From contig JBAZSP010000001.1 in NCBI GenBank assembly GCA_041663285.1, positions 7,454 through 71,453 on the forward strand: DNA of 64,000 bases, given 5' to 3'. This DNA is from Candidatus Shapirobacteria bacterium (GTDB taxonomy: Bacteria; Patescibacteriota; Microgenomatia; UBA12405). The translations under genes and the position numbers were made by a program. The notes under the pieces are model-generated. The model did no database searches and had not been told where the DNA came from. It saw only the letters and a program-made list of their open reading frames with translations. Every line of letters starts with the position of its first letter. Within the stretch, counting starts at the first letter, position 1. This document shows positions 10,068 through 18,866 of this stretch, one piece after another.

Positions 10068-11291
10068 ATGTCAAAATTACACCCTATCTCTTCAGCCCCG
10101 GTTATAAAAGCAATTCCTCAAAGGAAAAGTATCCGGTCTGCCAAAGTTACCGGCTCCAAAACCATTGCCGTTTTTGGCAGCTCCAGTAGTCTGGTTAGCC
10201 GTTTGCTTTCCCCGGCTTTTAAAGAAATTAGTCATCTCTATCCCGATGTTAACTTTTTACCGCTATCCCGGGATTCCGGCTCCAAAACGATTAATTCTTT
10301 TCCTCTTCCCACTATTTCCACCAAATGGGTCAATACCTCTGATTTCTTAAAACATCCTTCTGATTACCCTATTGACGGTGTAATTTTAGCCACTCCTACG
10401 TCAACCCATTATGAATTAGCCAGATTATTTCTTAACCGTCGCCTTCCGGTTTGGATTGAAAAGCCCATCAGTCTTCCTTGGCAAATTGACAGCATGGTTG
10501 AACTATTTTCTCAATCTCCCGATTTGTTTTTTGCGGCTGATTTTTTTATGGACAGTCCCGTTTTTCTTTATTTTCTTAAACGGTTTGATTATTTTATGGC
10601 TCAAATTGGTTCACCTCAGAAGATTGAGGGTCGTCTGGTCGAAAATTGGCCTTTAGAGCCCGGCAGGGAATGGTTGCTCGATAAAAGCATTAATGGTGGA
10701 GGCCTGGGTATGGATGTTTTAGTCCACGTATTGGCTTTAGTCTATCAGGTAATTGCCCGTTTAAACCTGCCCACGGAGTTGTGCATCGAAAAATCCGAAA
10801 AATATAAATATTTCGAACCGGGTGACAAGCTGCCTCCGGGAACTGAAGAGACCTATATGTGGATCAAGGCCACTGCCGGCGGTCTGCCCATCATTATTGA
10901 TGGTGGCAAGGGCACTGCCGATCATTACTACGGCATAAAAATCCACGGATCAAAAGGTTCGGTAGAAATATTTACCGGTACTGATGGCCGGGATACCTGT
11001 ATGCCCTATATATGCCTTGACACTGGCAAAGCTCCTAAAAAATTCTGGTCCTTTCCCGGTGGAGGTGTTGGTTACAGTGGTTTGTTTAAGGAATTTTTGG
11101 ATCTGGTTTACCATCAGCCTTCGGTTGACGCTCCGTATGCTCTCCCAGCTCGGGCCCAAACTTCCTTATTTACAGTAAAAACCCTAAGCCAAGCTTACCA
11201 GCTGGCTTCACCTACCTCACTTCTTTGCCCGCTTGGTGCCACTCCTCAAGTCCCCGAGCCAATCTTCCTTTCACCGTCATTACCCAACTAG
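10068..11291 (+). CDS. Gfo/Idh/MocA-like NAD(P)-dependent oxidoreductase (divergent)
   Basis: N-terminal nucleotide-binding segment IAVFGSSS... and the family-typical ...ILATPTSTHYELARLFLNRRLPVWIEKPIS... (EKP motif). Confidence 0.55.
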   Translation: MSKLHPISSAPVIKAIPQRKSIRSAKVTGSKTIAVFGSSSSLVSRLLSPAFKEISHLYPDVNFLPLSRDSGSKTINSFPLPTISTKWVNTSDFLKHPSDYPIDGVILATPTSTHYELARLFLNRRLPVWIEKPISLPWQIDSMVELFSQSPDLFFAADFFMDSPVFLYFLKRFDYFMAQIGSPQKIEGRLVENWPLEPGREWLLDKSINGGGLGMDVLVHVLALVYQVIARLNLPTELCIEKSEKYKYFEPGDKLPPGTEETYMWIKATAGGLPIIIDGGKGTADHYYGIKIHGSKGSVEIFTGTDGRDTCMPYICLDTGKAPKKFWSFPGGGVGYSGLFKEFLDLVYHQPSVDAPYALPARAQTSLFTVKTLSQAYQLASPTSLLCPLGATPQVPEPIFLSPSLPN

Positions 11292-14200
11292 GCGGATTGA
11301 ACTTTTTTTCTGGTCAGTAGTTTTACTAAGTAAATTACTGACACCATCCCCAGTGCCCCGCTGCTTACAAAAATTATCAGTGCCACCGGTTGAAAATTAG
11401 AGCCGGAATTATTTCCTCCACTTCTGCCGGCATCCATTTCCGTCGAAAACTCTTTAAGCCCAATGTTTGGCATTCCCGACGTATTCATCCCGCCATCAAG
11501 CGACCTAAAAATTTCAAACTGCGGCCTGATCACATCAATATCTTCCATTGGTGGGGATATGGTGGTTTCGTCAACATCATATCTATTGTCCAAAAGGGAA
11601 TTGTTTTTTAAGTTCTCTAATTGGTTTTCATTCACCAACGCAATCAGCGAAGAGTAGGGGAATATTACCTGATTCTTTTCAGCGTAGGCATGGTATGTGT
11701 CAATAATTTCCGGCTCGTTAAAATCAACCGTCCGGTTCCAAATATAAGTCAATGACGACATTAGCTCTGCCCTGGCCGCCATACTTCCCAAAAAATTATC
11801 CTCTTTTGCCCCCCAGTTTCCCATTGTTTCGCCTATCCCGATTGACTCTGGTCGGTATAGATGCCAAAAATCGCCGATAATTAGATCCTGTTCATTTGCC
11901 CCATCAGAACGGTTGATTACGTTGTCAATAATCCTATTGTTAATAGCATCTTCAATGCTATCGACGACCCCACCACCATTTTCCGCCAACCATTTAGTAA
12001 CATTTTGATTATAGGATGGGATATTATCTGGATGCCAGACATATGTTCTGTCTACTGCATACCCGGATCCCTCGGTTTTTGTATTTATTGTTTTGTCGCT
12101 GGCGATTACAATTCCAACGTCAAATCTTTCAAGATTCTTGGATCCACGGACAGACTTTATCATGTCTCCTTTCCCAAAATATATTAAACTGTCTAAAACT
12201 TGATCAATGTTGCCGCTGTCCACAACCGTTTCTTCGCTCAACCTGTCGTTAAATTTGACCAATTTTATCGAATTACCATTTATGGTTAATTCAGGATGCT
12301 TTTTTACAAACTTTTTTATCTGCTGTATTTTTGGATTGTTCTTATTGTCCATGGACACATCATAAAAAAATACGATATTCGGCCAACCCCATGCCTCGGT
12401 TTCTGCCATCAGCAGTTTTGGTTCAGTTTCGGAGTTACATAGAAATTCTTGGTCAATCTTATAATCTGTTCCATATGGTATTAATTCAGCCTTTTTCCCG
12501 CTTTCGTCAGCCAGCGTAATTTTTTTATTCAGGTTACATAATTTTTCTCCCAAACCAGCTACTTCAACGTATTGATCGCTCCATTTTAAGGTACTCTTAC
12601 CATTCTCCGTTGACAGGCTAATTTTTACTTTACTAACATCCAGGTTTGTCAGTTTCGAGTATACGGGCAAGGCATAACCCGCCGCCCGCCCGGAAACTAC
12701 ATAACTAAATTTTACTTTCTGGTGCTTTCCACCGAGAGTGACAACATCGGTTGATGCCGGAACTGGGAATACCCTTAATCGGTATTGTCTCGGCCCCACC
12801 TGTTCCAGAAGCGCCGGGTCACGACTTTTATCAACCTCTCTCTGATAGGTTTTGGTCGCCGCCCCGCTTGGAGCGATTATCCCCTCAAACTCCAAATTTG
12901 GCCCTAACTTTAATTCATTTATGGCCGCTTCGTTAGGTAGTGAAAATTCATAAATCACTTCTTCTGATCTCGATGAATTGCTGGTAAATTCATCGGTAAT
13001 TTCAACTTTGGCAACTACTCCGTCGTGTTCAGTAGTCAGGTTTATTAACCGGTTATCTAAATTAATCCGGCTTGGGATTCTGGCTATCGTCTGTTTCTTT
13101 AGAATATCTTGTGATATCTTAGCGTCATCGGTGCTGCTACTATAGTAATGGCTCCCGAATATGCTGTAATAATTTACTGTTAAGTCGTTAATGCTACTTC
13201 TGCTTTGACGCAAAACAAAAGGGTAGGCTGCCATCTTAAACCAGGATTGAATACGCTCACTCGCCCTCTCGCTTGTCCCTACATTCTTATAAGCTTGGGC
13301 TAAAAAATTATCGTCATTTGTCAGCGGGTAACTTTCCAGCAAATCAAGATATTCATCAATGGATTTTTTAACCAATTCCTGATTTTTACCCAGCTCTCTG
13401 GCGACTATCTCCTTTTCTTCAAATGTGTATGCTCTCCCAAAACTTTCTAACTTCCTTATTACATACCCTTGCCTTGGTTGGTACGAAAGGAATTCCATTA
13501 TCGTAATCGCCGTTACTGTCGTGACAATCAAAAAAGCATCCATTCTTACCCGCCCCCATTTAGCAATCGCCTGATGCACCAATCGATACCAATTTTTAGC
13601 CAAAATCGCCGTTACTATATAAGGTGTTGAAATTATCACTGCTCCAATAAGAGTTGGCACCAATCTAGTCAATAAAATTGCTAGGGTACTGCCTATACTC
13701 ACTTCACCGTAATATCGTCCACTAATAAGTTCCAGTAAATATTTAATCCAGCCCATTCCGATAGCCGGAACAAAAAAAGACCAAAGTAGTGTCATGTACC
13801 CTGTAATAAATAGGAACATCTCATTAATTAGCAATTTTCCGGCTAAAAGCTTCTCGTCCGAACTATTTTCTGTTTCCAGATACAATACAAACGGTAGCGC
13901 CATTACTGCCAAAGCCGGAGGCCACATGGCTGGTATAGTCCTTACCGCCATCTCGGATATTGTTAGGGATATCAGCACCGTCGGTATCTCAAATATAAAA
14001 AACAATTTTCCCAATTCTGTATTTTTTCTTTTCACCGCCCAAAATACCGCCAAAATAGGAGCTAAAAACATCACCCCCAGTGCAAGCTGTCTTACCGTGT
14101 CAATTTCTTTTAGCTCACCCAACAATCCCGTCGCCGAATCGGGTATGTCGCCCAATGTTAATAAAAATAATATTAAAAGTATCCCAAAAAATAGGTTATA

Positions 14201-14545
14201 ACCCCAAAAAATAAATTTCATAATCAATTCTCCGCTAAGCTTCGGTCTAGCAGTATTTTTATTAACCGCTTCACTTACTTCCATATTGTCCAGGAGTATT
14301 TCAACGGCTATTTGTTGGATCCTCTCCTCAAATCCTTTTGGGGTCACGTCCTTTTTGCCGGCCATCAGCCTGATTATCCCGCTGGCGCTATCAATACTGA
14401 CTAGGGCGGTTTTTTCCGACTTGGGGTAATTTCGAAAATAATCAACCAATATTTGGGCCGAGATCGTTTTTGCCAGCCTTGGCCACCCGGTATCGCTTTT
14501 TGTCGCCAACTCTATCAGCTTAACCAGTTCTTCTCTTTTATTCAT
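11288..14545 (-). CDS. Large (1085 aa) polytopic membrane protein of unknown function, with a ~700-aa extracytoplasmic region and C-terminal TM anchor
   Basis: Long uninterrupted ORF. Soluble N-terminal ~100 aa, about 8-9 predicted TM helices, large hydrophilic domain, C-terminal hydrophobic helix + KK tail. No family motif recognised. Confidence 0.6.
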   Translation of the reverse strand: MNKREELVKLIELATKSDTGWPRLAKTISAQILVDYFRNYPKSEKTALVSIDSASGIIRLMAGKKDVTPKGFEERIQQIAVEILLDNMEVSEAVNKNTARPKLSGELIMKFIFWGYNLFFGILLILFLLTLGDIPDSATGLLGELKEIDTVRQLALGVMFLAPILAVFWAVKRKNTELGKLFFIFEIPTVLISLTISEMAVRTIPAMWPPALAVMALPFVLYLETENSSDEKLLAGKLLINEMFLFITGYMTLLWSFFVPAIGMGWIKYLLELISGRYYGEVSIGSTLAILLTRLVPTLIGAVIISTPYIVTAILAKNWYRLVHQAIAKWGRVRMDAFLIVTTVTAITIMEFLSYQPRQGYVIRKLESFGRAYTFEEKEIVARELGKNQELVKKSIDEYLDLLESYPLTNDDNFLAQAYKNVGTSERASERIQSWFKMAAYPFVLRQSRSSINDLTVNYYSIFGSHYYSSSTDDAKISQDILKKQTIARIPSRINLDNRLINLTTEHDGVVAKVEITDEFTSNSSRSEEVIYEFSLPNEAAINELKLGPNLEFEGIIAPSGAATKTYQREVDKSRDPALLEQVGPRQYRLRVFPVPASTDVVTLGGKHQKVKFSYVVSGRAAGYALPVYSKLTNLDVSKVKISLSTENGKSTLKWSDQYVEVAGLGEKLCNLNKKITLADESGKKAELIPYGTDYKIDQEFLCNSETEPKLLMAETEAWGWPNIVFFYDVSMDNKNNPKIQQIKKFVKKHPELTINGNSIKLVKFNDRLSEETVVDSGNIDQVLDSLIYFGKGDMIKSVRGSKNLERFDVGIVIASDKTINTKTEGSGYAVDRTYVWHPDNIPSYNQNVTKWLAENGGGVVDSIEDAINNRIIDNVINRSDGANEQDLIIGDFWHLYRPESIGIGETMGNWGAKEDNFLGSMAARAELMSSLTYIWNRTVDFNEPEIIDTYHAYAEKNQVIFPYSSLIALVNENQLENLKNNSLLDNRYDVDETTISPPMEDIDVIRPQFEIFRSLDGGMNTSGMPNIGLKEFSTEMDAGRSGGNNSGSNFQPVALIIFVSSGALGMVSVIYLVKLLTRKKVQSA

Positions 14546-14662
14546 AGCTCATTTTACCCGTCAAACATCAGTTAATCAACATTCCTTGAAAGGATATTAA
14601 TTTGTTATATTTACAATAAAGATAATCGGCGTCAATTATTAGTTCGCCCATACTTAAATAAT

Positions 14663-15541
14663 ATGATTTGTCCCAAATGCGGCAAGGATCTCTTGGATAA
14701 AGCGAAATTTTGTAAATATTGCGGCCACTCTCTGATGGCTGGAACTCCACCTGTGCCGCCTCAAGGTCCTTCGCCCCAACAGCCATTAGCCTCAATCTCT
14801 TCAGAGATTACCAATACTTCCGGCCAGGGCGAAACAGCCATTGTCCCTCCGGAATTAAGCGGTTGGAATTGGGCTGCTCTGCTGTGGACTTGGATATGGG
14901 CCATCAGTCACCGGGTCTGGATCGGCCTGATTTGTATTATTCCAATTCCAATTGTCAGTCTGGTTATGCAAGTAATTCTTGGAATAAACGGCAATAAATG
15001 GGCTTGGCAAAACAAAAAATGGCAGAGTGTCGACGATTTTAAAAAATCCCAGCGTAAATGGGTAAAAGCTTATTTTATTCTGCTCCTCCTGCTTCTTGCC
15101 TTTAGTCTAGGTATAACCTTTTTGCTTGTCGCTATTAACCCCGGGGGCAAACTAAACGAATCCAAAGATGCTAAAACAATAAACGACATCACTACCATTA
15201 AGGCGGTTGTCAACCAGAGTTATATTTCTCAAACTGCCTATCCCTGGGAGCAATCCGGTTCCGGCGGCGAAACTTATTTTACCGCTGATTTGGCCAAGGA
15301 AAGCTGGCTAAACGGCCTGATTGCCACTGGTGATCTTTCCTCCTCTACTGCAGCTGGCTTTTTGGAGGACCCGCCCCTGGCCTTGGTAAGTCGCTTTGGA
15401 CAGCCGGATTTTGTCATCTGTTTTCAGCCACAGTCAAAAACCTATCAGCTCCGGGCATCCGACAGCTGCCAAAACTTTGTCAGCGCCACCAGACCTTATT
15501 TGGATCCCTGTCAGGCCGGCAAAAGTTATTACTGTTACTAA
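14663..15541 (+). CDS. Zinc-ribbon domain membrane protein (hypothetical)
   Basis: N-terminal CPKCG...CKYCG zinc ribbon, Pro-rich linker, 2-3 TM helices. Confidence 0.5.
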   Translation: MICPKCGKDLLDKAKFCKYCGHSLMAGTPPVPPQGPSPQQPLASISSEITNTSGQGETAIVPPELSGWNWAALLWTWIWAISHRVWIGLICIIPIPIVSLVMQVILGINGNKWAWQNKKWQSVDDFKKSQRKWVKAYFILLLLLLAFSLGITFLLVAINPGGKLNESKDAKTINDITTIKAVVNQSYISQTAYPWEQSGSGGETYFTADLAKESWLNGLIATGDLSSSTAAGFLEDPPLALVSRFGQPDFVICFQPQSKTYQLRASDSCQNFVSATRPYLDPCQAGKSYYCY

Positions 15542-15544
15542 GGG

Positions 15545-17050
15545 ATGCCCTTGGTCTATTTTTTACTCTCCCTATCTCCCTTTCTGTTGTTTTTGCTACT
15601 GCTTCTTGGTTACCGTAGCCCTTTAACCCGGGCTTCATTGACTACCCTACTTTACTCAACTGTTTTAAAGCTGGTTGTCTGGCAAATATATCCTTCGACT
15701 TTCTTCACTGCCCTCCAAAAAGGATTTTTTGTCGCTTTGGACATCCTGATCATCATTGCCGGGGCTATCTTTTTTATGAAAGTATTGGATTATTTTCAGG
15801 TGCTTCAGCGGATTGGATTACATCTTGAATCAATTTCTGCCGATTACCGGGTTCAGGTTATTCTTCTGGCCTGGTTTTTTCAGGCATTTCTCGAAGGCAC
15901 TGCCGGCTTTGGTACTCCCGCCGCGGTGGTTGGTCCCCTTTTAGTAGGCCTTGGCCTTTCTCCCCTAAACGCCGCTGTTATCGCTCTATTGGGCAATAGC
16001 ACTGCCGGAGTTTTTGGTGCCGCCGGCACTCCCATCCGGATTGGCTTCGCCGGTCTGGACATTTTTTTAGTCGATAAATACGCCGCTTTTTTAAACTATA
16101 TCGGGTTGATAGTTCCCATTTTTATACTATGGAAGCTGGTATCGCCTTATCCGAACCGTCAGCAGCAGTTTAAAGAAGCCCTGCCTTTTGCCTTTTGGTC
16201 GGGGTTGGTGTTTGTGGTTTCTTCCTTTATTACCGTTTTCTTGGGCCAGGAATTCCCCTCAATCATTGGATCTCTTTTGGCCTTGCTGATAATTATTGTA
16301 TCCATCAGGCTTAAAATTTTTACTCCACCCGTAATTCGCCTGTCTTCCCGAAAGCATCTTACCCGCTCTTCCGGCTCCGTTATGGCCGACATTTTTCCCT
16401 ACCTTGGCCTGATAACTCTGTTGCTTTTAGGTAAGTTGCTATTGCGGGATTCTGGCCTGACCTTGGCTTGGGGAGTTTTTAATCACCGTTTCTCCTTTTT
16501 TAACCCCGGCTTTGCCTTTCTGTTGGCTGGTCTGGTTTATGCTGTTATTTATCTCAAAAATTCCGCCCAAATTCTTAAACTATTTACCGCCTCCGTCCGC
16601 CAGTCCCTCTCACCCTTTTTAGTCATCGCTTCCATGTCGGTGGTTACCCAGCTCATGATTAATTCAGCCCAAAATTATTCCGGTCTCATGTCGTCTTTAA
16701 GCTATATCTCTTCCGGCCTAACCTCACCCCTTTTGCCGATTGTGGCGCCTTTTATAGGAGCCTTCGGTAGTTTTATTACCGGCAGTGTCACCCTTTCTAA
16801 TCTAATGTTTGGTAGCCTGATTCATCAATCGTCTTTAGCCCAAAACATCAGTCCGCCTCTAGTCTTGTCTCTTCAGATTATTGGCGCCGCCGCCGGCAAC
16901 ATGATTGCCCTGGCCGACATTCTCACTGCCGAAACCATCCTGGGCCTAAAAAATCAGGAACGCCATATCCTCAAAGCCGTCATTTTCCCCTGTTTTGTCT
17001 ATCTTGCAATTACCGCCTTGGTCGGTTTTCTTTTAGTTACACTACTCTAA
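15545..17050 (+). CDS. lctP: L-lactate permease (LctP family) transporter
   Basis: 501 aa polytopic. Conserved LctP block ...EGTAGFGTPAAVVGPLLVGLG... and ...GAFGSFITGS... Confidence 0.8.
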   Translation: MPLVYFLLSLSPFLLFLLLLLGYRSPLTRASLTTLLYSTVLKLVVWQIYPSTFFTALQKGFFVALDILIIIAGAIFFMKVLDYFQVLQRIGLHLESISADYRVQVILLAWFFQAFLEGTAGFGTPAAVVGPLLVGLGLSPLNAAVIALLGNSTAGVFGAAGTPIRIGFAGLDIFLVDKYAAFLNYIGLIVPIFILWKLVSPYPNRQQQFKEALPFAFWSGLVFVVSSFITVFLGQEFPSIIGSLLALLIIIVSIRLKIFTPPVIRLSSRKHLTRSSGSVMADIFPYLGLITLLLLGKLLLRDSGLTLAWGVFNHRFSFFNPGFAFLLAGLVYAVIYLKNSAQILKLFTASVRQSLSPFLVIASMSVVTQLMINSAQNYSGLMSSLSYISSGLTSPLLPIVAPFIGAFGSFITGSVTLSNLMFGSLIHQSSLAQNISPPLVLSLQIIGAAAGNMIALADILTAETILGLKNQERHILKAVIFPCFVYLAITALVGFLLVTLL

Positions 17051-17066
17051 ATATCGCCACATAGCC

Positions 17067-17942
17067 CTATCTTTGCTTGTCTACCATTTGCGCCAATGAT
17101 TGGTAGCCCAACAATCGGTTGATTTTATTTTTGGCCAATTCACCATTACGCTTCTGAAACTCCATCGCCCGGATTATTCTTCTTAACTTCCTGTCCAAGT
17201 TTACTTTCTTATTAACCACCAGCCCGGTTACGGTTTGTTTTTGATGTTGCCGTTGAATTCGAACTTTTTTCTTTTTTTGGATTTCAAAGCCTTCATCTTT
17301 TATAATCGCCGCGATTTTTTTTAATACCACCCTTTGCTTACGGCCGAAGACCTTAAAAGAAAAAGTCAGGTCGTCAGCATACCGGCTATAACTCCCTTCG
17401 TATTTTAAGGCCAATCTGGTCATTCTCTGGTCCATTTTGTAGTTAACCAAGTTACTCAACGCCGGGCTAGTTGGGGCTCCCTGCGGTAGTCGGGCATTGC
17501 TGGTGCAGATGTTAGTCAAGATTCTAGCCACCGTTTTTCCCCAGCCAATTTTCCTAAAATATTTTTTGATTTTGGTTTGATTTATGCTCGGAAAAAAGTC
17601 TTTCAAGTCCAGATTTATGACTACCGCCTTGCCGGTATGGTTTTTGGCATTGTCGACAATCGATTTCCGGTACCGAAATCCTAAACAGGCAGGATGGGGT
17701 TGCAAGTATCGTAAGAATTTTTGGTGTACCCCTCTCTGCAGTTTTTTCAGTTCACTGTCGGGAGCTTCGATTTGTCTATAACCCCGCTTGTTTCTTTTGG
17801 GTATTTCAAAGGTGGTGTATCCATACCTTTCTGGTTTGCCAAGTTCCCATTCTTTCAGGCTTTCAGTTGCCAAGCCCAACTGCTTGGCCAATTCTTCTGT
17901 CGTTTTACCCCCCTCGAAAAGTTTTGCGATCCAGTTGGTCAT
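17067..17942 (-). CDS. Retron-type reverse transcriptase (Ec86-like clade), 291 aa
   Basis: RT domain motifs in retron-specific form: NAKNHTG, NLDLKDFFPSI (cf. Ec86 NIDLEDFFPSL), LPQGAPTSPALSNL (QGxxxSP, cf. Ec86 LPQGAPSSPKLANL), YSRYADDLTFS (YADD catalytic box), and the retron-specific VTG motif (QTVTGLVVN). The ATG lies 9 nt downstream of the a2 inverted repeat of the adjacent ncRNA. Confidence 0.85.
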   Translation of the reverse strand: MTNWIAKLFEGGKTTEELAKQLGLATESLKEWELGKPERYGYTTFEIPKRNKRGYRQIEAPDSELKKLQRGVHQKFLRYLQPHPACLGFRYRKSIVDNAKNHTGKAVVINLDLKDFFPSINQTKIKKYFRKIGWGKTVARILTNICTSNARLPQGAPTSPALSNLVNYKMDQRMTRLALKYEGSYSRYADDLTFSFKVFGRKQRVVLKKIAAIIKDEGFEIQKKKKVRIQRQHQKQTVTGLVVNKKVNLDRKLRRIIRAMEFQKRNGELAKNKINRLLGYQSLAQMVDKQR

Positions 17943-17950
17943 AAAAATGT

Positions 17951-18089
17951 TTTCAGGCGCTTTGCCTAATCCTTGAAATAAATCGCAGATTTATTTCAAG
18001 GATTAACCTAATTCAAGCACAGCACGTCAGTGCCCGGCCAACGATAACATCGGCCTATACCAGTGAAGGTATCACCAAAGCGCCTGAAA
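17951..18089 (-). ncRNA. Candidate retron msr-msd non-coding RNA, flanked by 14-bp a1/a2 inverted repeats
   Basis: On the minus strand, TTTCAGGCGCTTTG (18089..18076) and its perfect reverse complement CAAAGCGCCTGAAA (17964..17951) flank 111 nt. A G directly 3' of a1 is the candidate branching G. Internal hairpins: ATACC/GGTAT, GGCCGAT..ATCG(TT)GGCC, GCAC-TGAC-GTGC, and a 17-bp perfect stem with 5-nt loop (plus-strand 17967-18005) typical of an msd stem. Located immediately 5' of the RT gene, as in Ec86-type retrons. Confidence 0.6.
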
Positions 18090-18104
18090 TTTAAATAGCT
18101 TCTG

Positions 18105-18110
18105 ATTATA
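18105..18110 (-). promoter_or_regulatory. Candidate -10 box (TATAAT on the minus strand), ~15 nt upstream of the a1 repeat of the retron ncRNA
   Basis: Perfect TATAAT hexamer (reverse complement of plus 18105-18110), positioned to start transcription a few nt before a1. A TTGGCA lies upstream with a short (13 nt) spacer. Overlaps the last codons of the upstream ORF. Confidence 0.25.
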
Positions 18111-18116
18111 CAACTC

Positions 18117-18740
18117 TTACAATTGCCAAGGGGCGGTCGGTTTCGGTGTCGTCTTTATAAACGGCTTGATTCCGCCTGTCGGCAACGCCATTCCGGTCGG
18201 CATGGCCGGGATATTTGATTTTATTATTTCCTTTATCTCTTCCTTAGTAATGTAACCGTCGGCACAATACGCTTGGTCTTCCAACACCTTAGTAAAGGTT
18301 TCACAATTCAACCCCATTCCGTATTTGTTTCCTTCTCCTTGGCTGAATTGCGTTCCCATGCCGATTGGTGTTGGGTCAGCCTCGTCGCCGCTGCACATAA
18401 AATCAAAAAACTTTTTAGCAGTTTCGCATGGCATCCCCTTGCTTATCCCGTTAATCTTCCCTCCACTCGGCATAGTCCAGCCCGTTTCCTGAGTTTGACC
18501 ATCCCACTTCCAGCCCTGTTCGTTTACCGTATCAGTCGGAAATTTTTTTCCGGCTCCTCCATTTCTAGGCGTTTCCGGCATCGTGTTAGTCGAAAACCTG
18601 CTCAGAATACTTTGCCAGCTCAAACCCAGTACTTCCGCATCCAGCCTGTCTGACCAGAATTGGGCTCCCTGAAAAAGAGCTACGGCAAAAAGTGATAACG
18701 CCCCCAAAACTACATAAAAATGGTTACTGTTTTCTTTCAT
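18117..18740 (-). CDS. Hypothetical secreted or membrane-anchored Cys-containing protein (207 aa), co-oriented immediately upstream of the retron ncRNA
   Basis: N-terminal signal-anchor (HFYVVLGALSLFAVALF), Gly/Trp-rich middle, 4 Cys (CETAKKFFDFMC...NCETF...YCADGY). No recognisable family. Its stop is 27 nt from a1. Confidence 0.5.
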   Translation of the reverse strand: MKENSNHFYVVLGALSLFAVALFQGAQFWSDRLDAEVLGLSWQSILSRFSTNTMPETPRNGGAGKKFPTDTVNEQGWKWDGQTQETGWTMPSGGKINGISKGMPCETAKKFFDFMCSGDEADPTPIGMGTQFSQGEGNKYGMGLNCETFTKVLEDQAYCADGYITKEEIKEIIKSNIPAMPTGMALPTGGIKPFIKTTPKPTAPWQL

Positions 18741-18811
18741 ATTACTAAAACTATGGATTATAAGTTACCAAAAGTCAACAACCACACCTGCACCTTCTCC
18801 AACCACAAAAT

Positions 18812-18833
18812 ACCCCCGACTTTCATCGGGGGT
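18812..18833 (-). terminator. Hairpin (7-bp CCCCCGA/TCGGGGG stem) downstream of the RRM gene
   Basis: Read on the minus strand: ACCCCCGATGAAAGTCGGGGGT followed by AUUUUGUGG. Separates the RRM gene from the 207-aa ORF and retron unit. Confidence 0.4.
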
Positions 18834-18866
18834 ATCCGGTTTAACAAAGAAAACAAAAAAACTTAC

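Noticed and set aside
17067-17942. Alternative identities for the RT: group II intron maturase or diversity-generating retroelement RT
   Set aside because: No intron domain V/VI-like RNA, no maturase X or endonuclease domains; only 291 aa. Motif 4 is QGxxxSP, not the DGR-type xxxSQ. No template-repeat/variable-repeat pair was seen near a target gene. The VTG motif and the a1/a2 flanked hairpin RNA favour a retron.
17584-17976. Plus-strand ORFs of 62-82 aa (17584, 17721, 17788) overlapping the RT gene
   Set aside because: They are antisense to a well-supported RT coding region, with low-complexity F/L-rich translations. Antisense artefacts.
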